This document shows, piece by piece, positions 1-8,105 of a DNA stretch of 54,454 bases. Source of the DNA: a virus (Duplodnaviria; Caudoviricetes); IMG/VR virus record IMGVR_UViG_3300032892_000002, positions 1-54,454 of that record. The stretch is one strand, 5' to 3'. How positions within the stretch are numbered: position 1 is the first letter of the stretch; each line of letters begins with the position of its first letter. Position numbers and translations under genes: made by a program. The notes below the pieces were generated by a model. It ran no database searches and was not told the DNA's origin. It saw only the letters and a program-made list of their open reading frames with translations.

Positions 1-492
1 CGTAAGGAGGGTGGGGAATCATACCGGCCTAGTGTTGGAACTTGTCGGTCAATTGACCGACAAGTTCCTTCCAATGGTTCTGCTCCAGCTCCCATCCCCT
101 TGGCACCTGCGCCGAAGGCGTCTCATGCCGGGTGGGAGGACCGGGCCGCTAGGAAGCTCGGGAATTTGGCCAGCCCCAAGACGATCAGACGTTTTGATGA
201 GGGCAGAGTAGCCGATGCACCTGAGACTCTCGCCAAGGTCGAGTCAGGCGAGATCACATCAGTTCAAGGGGCAGTCAGGGCGGCAGCGGCCGAGCTGGGT
301 ATCTCTGAGCCTGCCCCCATCCCCAAGTCGACTCTCAGTCGGCTCAGTCAGGCTACGTACGCCATCCGGCACGCTCATGAAGAACTGGATAGCCAGCTCG
401 GCGGTGCGACGATCAAAGAAGTGGTTTCGCAGCTGGACATACACGCCGAGGCTGTAGACGCATTCCGGGCTGCACTACAGGAACGTATCTAA
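1..492 (+). CDS. 5'-truncated hypothetical protein (helical C-terminus, possibly DNA-binding)
   Basis: The frame of the 100..492 ORF is open from base 1, so the gene probably starts upstream of the window; no diagnostic motif. Confidence 0.5.
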   Translation, partial: RKEGGESYRPSVGTCRSIDRQVPSNGSAPAPIPLAPAPKASHAGWEDRAARKLGNLASPKTIRRFDEGRVADAPETLAKVESGEITSVQGAVRAAAAELGISEPAPIPKSTLSRLSQATYAIRHAHEELDSQLGGATIKEVVSQLDIHAEAVDAFRAALQERI

Positions 493-638
493 GGCATCCC
501 GTCCGATGGATGACGACTCTCTCTGCGCCGAACGCGACCGCCTTCGGCGCGAAGCGAACGACGGCACCACATGCCGGGCCTGCACTCAGCACGTCCAGGT
601 CCACTGGCGCACCATCAACGGACCGATTAGAAGGTCTC

Positions 639-911
639 ATGGCATCCTGTGCATGTGACTTCGGTCATGGCTTGCGCACCTGCCATTGTGCGGCCTGCCA
701 TGAGACCTTCACTGGAGTCACTGCCTTTGATGCGCATCACGTCGAGAACGAAGACGGTGTCACCGTGTGCCTGGATCCAGCTACGGCGCTGAAGCCTGAC
801 GGATCTCTGAAATTCGCTGCCATCAGGCTCACGCCGGAAGCCAGCCTCGTCTGGGGCCGAGCGGCTGCGAAGGGCGGACCGGCCGCCCCGTGGGGCAGGG
901 GCGAAAAATGA
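639..911 (+). CDS. Phage zinc-binding protein (CxxC...FDxH type)
   Basis: CHCAACHETFTGVTAFDAHH...CLDP motif; SD-like AGAAGG before ATG 639. The longer start at 510 would include an in-frame TTA at 627. Confidence 0.65.
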   Translation: MASCACDFGHGLRTCHCAACHETFTGVTAFDAHHVENEDGVTVCLDPATALKPDGSLKFAAIRLTPEASLVWGRAAAKGGPAAPWGRGEK

Positions 912-1147
912 CACAGGCGCTGTCCCGCGACGAGGTGCTCGCGCTGCCACCTGTGATCGGCCTTCCAATGCTCGGCAAAGTCCTCGGCCTGTCCGAGGCG
1001 ACCGTCCGCGAGCGCGTCCGCCGTGGCGAGGTGCAGGCAATGGGTATCCGCGTGGTGAAGCTCGGCGCCCAGTGGCGCGTGATCACTGCCGACCTGCTCA
1101 CGGTGCTCGGCCTGGTGGACGTCCCTGACCCCCCTTCGCGCGTGTAA
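908..1147 (+). CDS. Excisionase-like/HTH DNA-binding protein
   Basis: LPPVIGLPMLGKVLGLSEATVRERVRRG...VVKLGAQWRV is a winged-HTH excisionase-like pattern; ATG overlaps the previous stop. Confidence 0.7.
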   Translation: MTQALSRDEVLALPPVIGLPMLGKVLGLSEATVRERVRRGEVQAMGIRVVKLGAQWRVITADLLTVLGLVDVPDPPSRV

Positions 1148-1156
1148 GAAGAGACC

Positions 1157-1672
1157 ATGAACAAGTCTGAGACGGCGATCCTGCTCGGTGATCTGGCCCG
1201 CTACGACCTGCGCCGGTTCGGCGACGACGACGTGCTCGCCTGGCAGGAAGCCCTCCACGATGTCGCCTACGAAAACGCCCGTTCGGCTGTCGTCGCCTAC
1301 TACCGGGACCACCGGGACCGGGCCATGCCGTCGGACATCCGCAAAGCCGCACAGCTGGCCGCCGACGACCGCGCCGCGCACGCATCCTGGTCCGGTGACG
1401 GCGGCGCCGGCTGCGGTCTCAGCGGCTGCCGCTGCACCCACACCACACCCTGCGATCGCGGCTGGATCGACGCGTCCACCATCATCCATGAGATCGTGGA
1501 CCACAAGACGGGTGAGGTGAGTTCGCGCCGCGAGTACGATGCGGTGCAGCCGTGCCCTATCTGCAAACCGGCGCGGGTGGTGAATGACGGCGAGTCGCGG
1601 GACGCGTGGCTTGGGCGGCTGCGGTCGCAGAACATGTCGTGGCAATCCCGCCAGCGGCAAGGAGCAGCTTAA
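1157..1672 (+). CDS. Phage replication-associated protein (helicase loader/inhibitor-like N-terminus, Cys-rich C-terminus)
   Basis: DVLAWQEALHDVAYENARSAVVAYY...MPSDIR resembles actinophage helicase-loader-like proteins; C-terminal CxC, CDRGW and CPIC motifs. Confidence 0.55.
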   Translation: MNKSETAILLGDLARYDLRRFGDDDVLAWQEALHDVAYENARSAVVAYYRDHRDRAMPSDIRKAAQLAADDRAAHASWSGDGGAGCGLSGCRCTHTTPCDRGWIDASTIIHEIVDHKTGEVSSRREYDAVQPCPICKPARVVNDGESRDAWLGRLRSQNMSWQSRQRQGAA

Positions 1673-1741
1673 GCCATGAGCCGTACCTAGCCGCGATGAC
1701 GGCAAGCTGAATCGACGACTGCGGAGGAAGGCGAAACCGGG

Positions 1742-2089
1742 ATGGTAAGCACATCGGGAAGCGTTTCATCTGACCGCCTACGCGAGGCACGCGAGTACCT
1801 TGGCTTCCACCTAGAAGACGTCGCCCAGGCCACAGGCTGGCCGCAAGCCCGGATCGCTGCACTGGAAGACGGCACGTCGACCCGTATCACCGGGGCGGAG
1901 CTGCGGAAACTGAGCCGTCTTTACCGCCGCCCCGTTACGTGGCTCCAAGGTGAGACCACGTTCACACCGGATGCCGGTTTTCTGCAGAAGCTCGAAGACC
2001 TGACCGACGGTGACCGTGAGGCGGTGCTGAGTTTCGCGGAATGGCTTCAAGGTGCGGGACCGCCGGGACCGCCGGATACGCGGCGGTGA
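1742..2089 (+). CDS. XRE-family HTH transcriptional regulator
   Basis: RLREAREYLGFHLEDVAQATGWPQARIAALEDG...LRKLSRLYRRPVTWL matches the HTH_3/XRE pattern. Confidence 0.85.
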   Translation: MVSTSGSVSSDRLREAREYLGFHLEDVAQATGWPQARIAALEDGTSTRITGAELRKLSRLYRRPVTWLQGETTFTPDAGFLQKLEDLTDGDREAVLSFAEWLQGAGPPGPPDTRR

Positions 2090-2247
2090 GTGTGCTTGCG
2101 GCGGCTGGTCATCAGTCCGGCACCAACGAGGTCGTGTTCATCGCCGTAGCCGCCGCGGCAGCGCTCGCCTGGATCTTCGGTCGCCGCCGCCGTGTCAAAG
2201 TCAAGGCACATACGAGGAAAGCGCCGCGCCGTAGATGGCACTGGTGA
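2086..2247 (+). CDS. Small membrane protein
   Basis: GTG overlaps the XRE stop; one hydrophobic segment (VVFIAVAAAAALAWIF) followed by a basic tail. Confidence 0.45.
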   Translation: MSVLAAAGHQSGTNEVVFIAVAAAAALAWIFGRRRRVKVKAHTRKAPRRRWHW

Positions 2248-2264
2248 GCATGGTAAGGTCAACC

Positions 2265-2492
2265 ATGACCGTCGCTGAGCTTGAAGCCCGTATCTGGGCC
2301 ATCACCGGCCGTGAACTCACCGGCACCCAAGTAGACGCCATCGTCGCCGCAGTGCAGGAGTACGCCGCTGATCTGGCGCCGAAACCGTCGCGGCGGGTGC
2401 TGCATCACAGCGGTGATGTGGACTTGCACCCGCTGATCGGCGCCCTCGCCGACGCGATGCTCAGCGAACCAACGCCGCAACTGGAAGGATGA
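2265..2492 (+). CDS. Hypothetical protein
   Basis: ATG preceded by TAAGGT; GC3-rich coding pattern. Confidence 0.55.
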   Translation: MTVAELEARIWAITGRELTGTQVDAIVAAVQEYAADLAPKPSRRVLHHSGDVDLHPLIGALADAMLSEPTPQLEG

Positions 2493-2569
2493 CCATCATG
2501 CAGATCAACAAGGAAACCGGCGAAGCCGCTCAGGTGTGGCCCTCGCTGATTTGATGCCAGCAACGACAA

Positions 2570-2606
2570 GGAAGCCCCCCAGGGCTGAGCAGCCTGGGGG
2601 GCTTCC
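2570..2606. terminator. Bidirectional intrinsic terminator-like hairpin
   Basis: GGAAGCCCCCCAGG...CCTGGGGGGCTTCC inverted repeat between convergent genes. Confidence 0.75.
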
Positions 2607-2630
2607 GAACATCGCCGCTAGGTTAGCGGA

Positions 2631-4499
2631 TCAGGGAACGGTGTAATGCTCGTTCGGGGTGTTCACACACGACCAGATGATCTGCTGCACCCCCGCCGCC
2701 GTGCTGTACCCCGGATCGTTCAGGCATTTACCTGAGTGCGGGTTCCGGATCTCACCGTTGGCAAGATGGACCCACACATCGTTCCACGGCACCGCACCCG
2801 ACGGGCACGACCACACGATCACCTTGGCGCCGTTCACCACGGACGCGTACTGGATGTTCATGCAATGACCCAGAACCTGGTAGGTGCCGTTAGCGGCGAG
2901 GGTCCACCGTTGCGCGCCGGTGCCGTCGCACCACCACAGGTTGACCTTGGCGCCGGGTCCGCCGCTGAAGTAGTCGTCGAGGCATTTGCCGCCGTATCCG
3001 TGGATCGGACCGACCGGCGGCGGTGGGGTGGTGTAGGTGAAGTGGTCCGCTGCGACCGGCGCTGAGGTGCCGCCCGAAGTGGTGACCCGCACATCGACGG
3101 TCCCTGCTGTGTGTGCCGGGGATGTCGCCGCACACGACGTCGCCGAGCACGACACCCCTGCGGCTGGGGTGGTGCCGAACTGCACCGACCCAGCCGCGAG
3201 GTTCGTCCCGGAGACTGTCACGTGAGTACCGCCAGCAGACGGCCCCGACGTGGGGGTGACACCGGTCACGACAGGCGCAGGGGTCACGCACCCGGTTGCG
3301 GTGAATGCGCACACCCCTTCCGGTGTGCCCCACCCCGTCGGCCCGTCATACCCGGTCGTCCCGGTGCACAGATACGCGGGGGAACATGACCCGTTCGACC
3401 CTGTGGTGATGTCGTTGATACTTGCCGCAGTGTGGTTGGCGTACGGATAGCTGGCCGGGTTCGCCGACGGCGCCGGCGGCCCGGCGAGCGCGTACACGGA
3501 CGCGATGATCGGCGACGCGGCGCTGGTACCGCCGACCACCATCCACGGCTCAGGGAACCCCAGCGTGTTCGGATACGAGTCATACACCGCAACCCCCGTG
3601 TCGGGGTCCGCGACCGCCGCCACATCGGTGTCGGTCCGGTTTGAGCAGCCGCTGTCATGCTGCCACGACGGCTTCGTTTCCTGGCTCGAGCAGCCGGACC
3701 CGGTGCCGGTCCACACCGTTTCGGTCCAGCCGCGTCCGCCGCCACCTCGGGTCAGCGATGTGCCGCCGACCGCAACCACCCCGGGTGATGCGGCCGGGTA
3801 GGTGGTGCCGTAGCCGCTGTCACCTGCGGATGCGGTGACCGCGACACCGGGGTGGGTGTAGAACGGGTCGAGGGTTGTTTCGCCGGGGAACTCGCCGCCG
3901 CTGGCGCCGTAGGAGTTGGAAACGTATTTCGCGCCGAGCGTTGTCGCAGCGGTGTCCGCTGCGGTGGCGAGGTCGGTGAGCCCAGCGGAGTCAGCTTCGA
4001 CGAGGTCTATGGTGCATAGTGGGCAGATCGCGGACACCATGTCGACGTCGAGGGATTCTTCGACTTCCCACCCTCCGGACGGATCCACCGCCGCTGGTGG
4101 CGGTCCGCCGGTCTGGCCGTACAGGTGGACGCTGGTGGCGGGGAGCCCGTAGGTGGACCGGTAGGTGTTCAGGTCGGCCTGGGCGTTTGGGTTGTGGTAG
4201 GCGTCGACGATCGCGACGGCCTGCCCGGCGCCGCCGGCTGGCAGGGCGTACGCGGATTTGAGGTCGGCGGGGCCGTATCCGGCTGGGACGCCGGGGGTGG
4301 TGGCGGGGACGGCGGTGGTGCGGACCAGGACGAGGCAGTCAGCGATGTGCGCAGCTTTGCTGGTGCACGCGGGTTTGTAGCTGACTGGCAGATGCGCAGT
4401 GGTGGTCGCGGCCATCGCGGTTGCCGTGGTCGCAGCTACGGCAACGACTAGCAGCAGGACGGCGGCGGCGGCTGTTTCCCTGAGGAACCTGTTCAACAT
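2631..4499 (-). CDS. Secreted S53 (sedolisin/kumamolisin-like) serine protease with IPT/TIG and ricin-B lectin domains
   Basis: Signal peptide; EESLDVDMV (Glu/Asp), SAGDSG, GGTSAASP (Ser) and GYDGPTGWGTP motifs; IPT repeat (PVVTGVTPTSGPSAGGTHVTVSG); ricin repeats (KCLDD...CDGTGAQRW). SD GGAAGG before ATG 4499. Confidence 0.9.
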   Translation of the reverse strand: MLNRFLRETAAAAVLLLVVAVAATTATAMAATTTAHLPVSYKPACTSKAAHIADCLVLVRTTAVPATTPGVPAGYGPADLKSAYALPAGGAGQAVAIVDAYHNPNAQADLNTYRSTYGLPATSVHLYGQTGGPPPAAVDPSGGWEVEESLDVDMVSAICPLCTIDLVEADSAGLTDLATAADTAATTLGAKYVSNSYGASGGEFPGETTLDPFYTHPGVAVTASAGDSGYGTTYPAASPGVVAVGGTSLTRGGGGRGWTETVWTGTGSGCSSQETKPSWQHDSGCSNRTDTDVAAVADPDTGVAVYDSYPNTLGFPEPWMVVGGTSAASPIIASVYALAGPPAPSANPASYPYANHTAASINDITTGSNGSCSPAYLCTGTTGYDGPTGWGTPEGVCAFTATGCVTPAPVVTGVTPTSGPSAGGTHVTVSGTNLAAGSVQFGTTPAAGVSCSATSCAATSPAHTAGTVDVRVTTSGGTSAPVAADHFTYTTPPPPVGPIHGYGGKCLDDYFSGGPGAKVNLWWCDGTGAQRWTLAANGTYQVLGHCMNIQYASVVNGAKVIVWSCPSGAVPWNDVWVHLANGEIRNPHSGKCLNDPGYSTAAGVQQIIWSCVNTPNEHYTVP

Positions 4500-4607
4500 G
4501 TGCCCTTCCGGTAGCGGGTGTGTTGCGTGCATATCCTGACACTCGCGCGGAAGTTCTGTGCGGCCAGCAGATGACATCCCAGGACCGCAGTCGTGCGGGG
4601 CTGGTTC

Positions 4608-5051
4608 TCAGCGGCGGCGGGACCGCCCGGGGATGTTGAACCGGCGGTCCACCGGCTGCGGGCAATCCACCCCCGGATCACCCGCGAACCACGCCCACAA
4701 CGCCTCAGTCAGCGCGTTCAGGCTCGGGAACCCGGCCGCTTTCGCGGCGCTGGTCGCCCGCTGGTCCACGTTTTCGGTGTGGAACGTTACCGTCCGCCGC
4801 CAGCTAGCCGACCCGTCACGGCGGCGGTACGCAACCGACGCGCCGTTCTCAGCGACCGGGGTGTCGGCGAGGAATTGAGCGACGGCGCGTGGGTTGGACG
4901 CGAGGATCTGCCAGAACACAATGGTCGGTTCTGATAGTCCGGAGTATCCCGCTTCGCGGGCAGCGGCCCGGGCGGCGTCGGTGAGGCTGGTGTCGAGGTC
5001 CCGGCCGCGTACAAACACCCCGTAGGGGTTGTGGTGCCTTTCGGTGGCCAC
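4608..5051 (-). CDS. Putative tandem ribbon-helix-helix DNA-binding protein
   Basis: Two strand-helix-helix repeats (GVFVRG..AARAAAREAGYSGLSE..; TVTFHT..ATSAAKAAGFPSLNALTEALW); SD GAAAGGGG before GTG 5051. Confidence 0.5.
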   Translation of the reverse strand: MATERHHNPYGVFVRGRDLDTSLTDAARAAAREAGYSGLSEPTIVFWQILASNPRAVAQFLADTPVAENGASVAYRRRDGSASWRRTVTFHTENVDQRATSAAKAAGFPSLNALTEALWAWFAGDPGVDCPQPVDRRFNIPGRSRRR

Positions 5052-5188
5052 GGCAGGTCCCCTTTCGTCGCGGATAGCCACGATGCTAGCATTTAGCTAA
5101 CCTGCCTAGCTGTTCGCCGACCCCCCCACGGCCGTGACCATCCCTCAGCAGCTGGGCAGGCTTCTATGTGCGGCGAAGGAGGCATGTG

Positions 5189-5527
5189 GTGGCTGTGTTC
5201 AGCCCGGAAGGCGACCGGGTGCCGCATCCTGATGTGTGGAAGCATGCTGCGGCGTGCCGCGACGCTGATCTGAGCCTGTTTTTCGGGGTTGATGGGGAAC
5301 GGCGGACGGTGCGGCGGGCGCGGCTGGCGGAGGCGCTGACGTTCTGCGGCCGGTGCCCGGTGGTGGTGCAGTGCCGGGAATGGTCGATGTGGTCGCCGGA
5401 GAAAACGGGTGTGTGGGGTGGGCTGGACACGGACGCGAAACCGGATGACGGGTCGGTGGAGAATGAGTGGCAGCGGATCCGGCGGAGCCGTCAGCGGCGG
5501 GCGTTGTATGCGGCGGAGGCGTCGTGA
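5189..5527 (+). CDS. whiB: WhiB-family Fe-S transcription factor
   Basis: Four conserved Cys (AACR, CGRC, QC) and the GVWGGL turn; SD AAGGAGG at 5176-5182. Confidence 0.92.
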   Translation: MAVFSPEGDRVPHPDVWKHAAACRDADLSLFFGVDGERRTVRRARLAEALTFCGRCPVVVQCREWSMWSPEKTGVWGGLDTDAKPDDGSVENEWQRIRRSRQRRALYAAEAS

Positions 5528-5730
5528 CGTCGCCGCTGTGGGTCACCGCGGCGGCGTTTTTTGCGGGTTGCTGCTGGGTGGTGTGGACGGCAGCGGCGTC
5601 GTATGCGGTGCTGGCAGCGGACCGGGTGTGGCGCCGCAATCGGTGTCAGCGGACTGGTTTGGTGTATGCGGCGGAGCTGGATGAGGACCTGGCGATCCTG
5701 CGGGCCCGGCGCAGGTTCCGGGGCGGTTGA
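5524..5730 (+). CDS. Small membrane protein
   Basis: GTG overlaps the whiB stop; hydrophobic N-terminal segment. Confidence 0.45.
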   Translation: MTSPLWVTAAAFFAGCCWVVWTAAASYAVLAADRVWRRNRCQRTGLVYAAELDEDLAILRARRRFRGG

Positions 5731-5753
5731 CATCGGCGCCGGGGTGGTAAATC
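5727..5753 (+). promoter_or_regulatory. Possible sigma70-type promoter
   Basis: Perfect TTGACA followed by TGGTAAAT; the spacing is short (15 nt), so this is uncertain. Confidence 0.3.
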
Positions 5754-5850
5754 CTACCAAGTGGATAGCCACACACCTGTAGACGTGCGGGCCCGGCCCA
5801 TTCCGTTCCCCCGGGCGGTCCCCGGGCCCGCACCCAAGAAAGGGAAGATC

Positions 5851-6048
5851 ATGGATTCGGTTGTGAGCTGCGGCGAATGCGGCAACGAAGCCCCAGCGCA
5901 GTCCGATGAGATCCGCTACGTCGCGGACCCCGACGAAGCGCACTGGGAATGCACCGACTACGACGCATGCGCCGACCGCCAGCTCGACGCCATGCACCAG
6001 CCGCACCCCGGCGAGATGGATGACCTGTTCTCCGGCGAGATCATCTGA
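5851..6048 (+). CDS. Small Cys-containing hypothetical protein
   Basis: SD AAGGGAAG; CGECG...WECTDYDAC. Confidence 0.55.
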   Translation: MDSVVSCGECGNEAPAQSDEIRYVADPDEAHWECTDYDACADRQLDAMHQPHPGEMDDLFSGEII

Positions 6049-6164
6049 TGGCCACCAACAAGGGTGTCGCCTGGCCCGACGGTGAAGACAAGGCGATCCG
6101 GGTTCTGTACGACAAACAGCAAAGCCAGTCACAAACTGGCACCACCGGGAAGGACGGAAAGTGA
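6048..6164 (+). CDS. 38-aa hypothetical peptide
   Basis: Fills the gap with overlapping TGATG and GTGA junctions on both sides (MATNKGVAWPDGEDKAIRVLYDKQQSQSQTGTTGKDGK). Confidence 0.45.
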   Translation: MATNKGVAWPDGEDKAIRVLYDKQQSQSQTGTTGKDGK

Positions 6165-6580
6165 CCAACAGCCCACAGCATGTGTCGCGTGGCTACCGCT
6201 GGTACCTGGCGAGCGGCGTGATCCCCGGCCGGAACTGCCCGCACCTGGACTGTGTCGAGTTCGCCGCCGACGGCGCCGAGGTGCTGATCTCGGACACGAA
6301 GGTACGCGAGGAGCACATTCTGCGGGTGCCGCGTCACATCGCCGCCGAGTTCCTGGCCGACATCAAGAACGGTCACTACGACGGGAACGGCTATATCACG
6401 ACCGGTGAGCTGAACGTGGAGCTGCGGGACAGTCCAAACCGGCGGGCGGTGCTGTTCATGTTCCCGAGTTTCGACCGGACGCGGTTGGTGTTCGACCGGG
6501 CGGAGTGGCTGGTGTTCACGGGTGGGGTGAAGTCCGGCGAGTTCGACCATCTGGTGATGGCTGAGGACGCGTACGCCTGA
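6161..6580 (+). CDS. Tandem DUF397 (BldB-like) protein
   Basis: Two copies of the DUF397 pattern: CVEFAADGAEVLISDTK...AEFLADIKNG and VELRDS...LVFDRAEWLVFTGGVKSGEFD. Confidence 0.7.
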   Translation: MTNSPQHVSRGYRWYLASGVIPGRNCPHLDCVEFAADGAEVLISDTKVREEHILRVPRHIAAEFLADIKNGHYDGNGYITTGELNVELRDSPNRRAVLFMFPSFDRTRLVFDRAEWLVFTGGVKSGEFDHLVMAEDAYA

Positions 6581-6593
6581 CCCTGGAAAAGCA

Positions 6594-6639
6594 AGATAGG
6601 CCCCTAGCCTAGCGGTGATGCCGGGCTAGGGGCCTATCT
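6594..6639. terminator. Bidirectional terminator between the early arm and the virion operon
   Basis: 16-bp perfect stem AGATAGGCCCCTAGCC/GGCTAGGGGCCTATCT between convergent genes. Confidence 0.85.
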
Positions 6640-6649
6640 GTGTTTGTGC

Positions 6650-7612
6650 TCAGTTGGCGGGTGGGGGGAAGCTGAGTTTCAGCTCGCTGAGGACCTGTTC
6701 GACGCCGGCGACGACGGTTGCTTCGTCCACGGTGCCGCCGGGAAGCGCGGCGACGACAGCGGCGGCGATCGCGGCAGCAGATGGGATGTCGGGGATGAGG
6801 GATTGGAACGCGGCGTGCGCGGCCTGGATGCGGGCGACTTGGGTGGGGTTCATCGAGGGGGTGGTGGCGCCGGTGATGGCATACGGGAGCCACCAGAGTG
6901 CGGTGACGGGTTCAAGATCGCGGTAGTCGGCGGCGGTCTCGAGCTGGACGAGGAAGCCGCGTATCGCGGCCCAGTCGGCGGTGTCCCAGGATGCGGGGCC
7001 GGTTGCGGACACAGGTACCTCCGGTCTCGGCCATTGGCCGTAGTCGGCGCAGTTCACGGTGTCGACGTCCACGGTGACACCGCCGACGTTGACGGTGGCG
7101 GTCTGCTGCATGATGTGCGGTGTCCAGCCGCAGCTATCCCAGTTGGTCCCAGACCAGGCATAGGTGCCCCACCAGAACGCAGCTTTCCCGGCGGTACGGG
7201 CGCGGGAGAGGGGCCAGTAGCCGCCGTAGAGACCGGTGCAGTCCAGGCCGAGGTATCCTGCTGCTGCGTCGAGGTAGGCGTTGATCGCGGGCTGGTCGGT
7301 TTCTGGGGCGTCGTAGTCGCAGGCGAAGTAGACGACGACCGGGTCGGTGAGCCCGCAGGCGCGGGCCTGGGTGATGGCAGCCTGCGCGTCGGCGAGCCCG
7401 GCTGCGGATCCGGCGGTGATCCGTTCAGCGGTGGATTCCCAGACGAGCACGATGGCGATCCCGGCGGCGCGGAGCTCTGCGGTTTCGGCGGCGGTGAGGT
7501 TTTTGGTGGGGTCGGGGGACAGATACCGGCAGACGAAGGTGTGCCCGGCGGCGGTGATCGCGGCGGGGGTCGGGTGCGGCGCCCAGGCGTAGTCGATTCC
7601 CGTCGTGGCGAT
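6650..7612 (-). CDS. Endolysin, DUF1906/GH25-like glycoside hydrolase (probable ATC start)
   Basis: The frame extends 54 codons upstream of the ORF-track start (IATTGIDYAWAPHP..FVCRYLS..KNLT..E); VYFACDYD, GLYGG and WWGTYAWS motifs; GGAGGT SD 5 nt before ATC 7612. Confidence 0.8.
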   Translation of the reverse strand: MATTGIDYAWAPHPTPAAITAAGHTFVCRYLSPDPTKNLTAAETAELRAAGIAIVLVWESTAERITAGSAAGLADAQAAITQARACGLTDPVVVYFACDYDAPETDQPAINAYLDAAAGYLGLDCTGLYGGYWPLSRARTAGKAAFWWGTYAWSGTNWDSCGWTPHIMQQTATVNVGGVTVDVDTVNCADYGQWPRPEVPVSATGPASWDTADWAAIRGFLVQLETAADYRDLEPVTALWWLPYAITGATTPSMNPTQVARIQAAHAAFQSLIPDIPSAAAIAAAVVAALPGGTVDEATVVAGVEQVLSELKLSFPPPAN

Positions 7613-7625
7613 AGCGCACCTCCGG

Positions 7626-8105
7626 TCAGTCGAGCGGTAGTTTCACCTGCGCGCCGACGTCCCCGGATCCGATGCCGAAACATTCCAGGTTCCCGGTCGC
7701 GTACAGCACGAACCGGGGGCCTTTGCTGGCGGCAGGCACATCGCAGGACACCGGGAACAGTTTGTCTTTCACTGGGACGTAGGTTCCGGTGAGCGTGGCG
7801 ACGATGGTCGCGTCGGTGACGGTGCCCGCTGTCAGCCACAGATCGAGCTGGATTTCGTTCTGCGGGGTGAGCCGGTACCGGGCGACCCGGCCGCTTGAGA
7901 CAGCCCACCCGGCGAGCAGCGCGCCGGACAGGTCATGCCACACCTCAGCCGCCGACGGCGATGAGGCGGGTTGCACCGCCTGGATCTGCCCCAGGTAGGG
8001 GGCGCCGAGGGTGAACAGCCGGGCTTCGGTGACTTTGAGGCGGCGTTGCAGGTCCGCGATCGTCGACGCCGTCTGCCTGGGGACGGGGACTGGGAATTTG
8101 GTCAC
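7626..8105 (-). CDS. Minor tail protein
   Basis: N-terminal coiled coil (IADLQRRLKVTE) and C-terminal beta domain typical of actinophage tail-tip genes; GTG overlaps the previous stop. Confidence 0.6.
   Translation of the reverse strand: MTKFPVPVPRQTASTIADLQRRLKVTEARLFTLGAPYLGQIQAVQPASSPSAAEVWHDLSGALLAGWAVSSGRVARYRLTPQNEIQLDLWLTAGTVTDATIVATLTGTYVPVKDKLFPVSCDVPAASKGPRFVLYATGNLECFGIGSGDVGAQVKLPLD

Noticed and set aside
510-638. N-terminal extension of the zinc-binding gene containing a TTA at 627
   Set aside because: Low-complexity, with a better SD at ATG 639 and no matched landing codon, so it was not counted in the UUA system.
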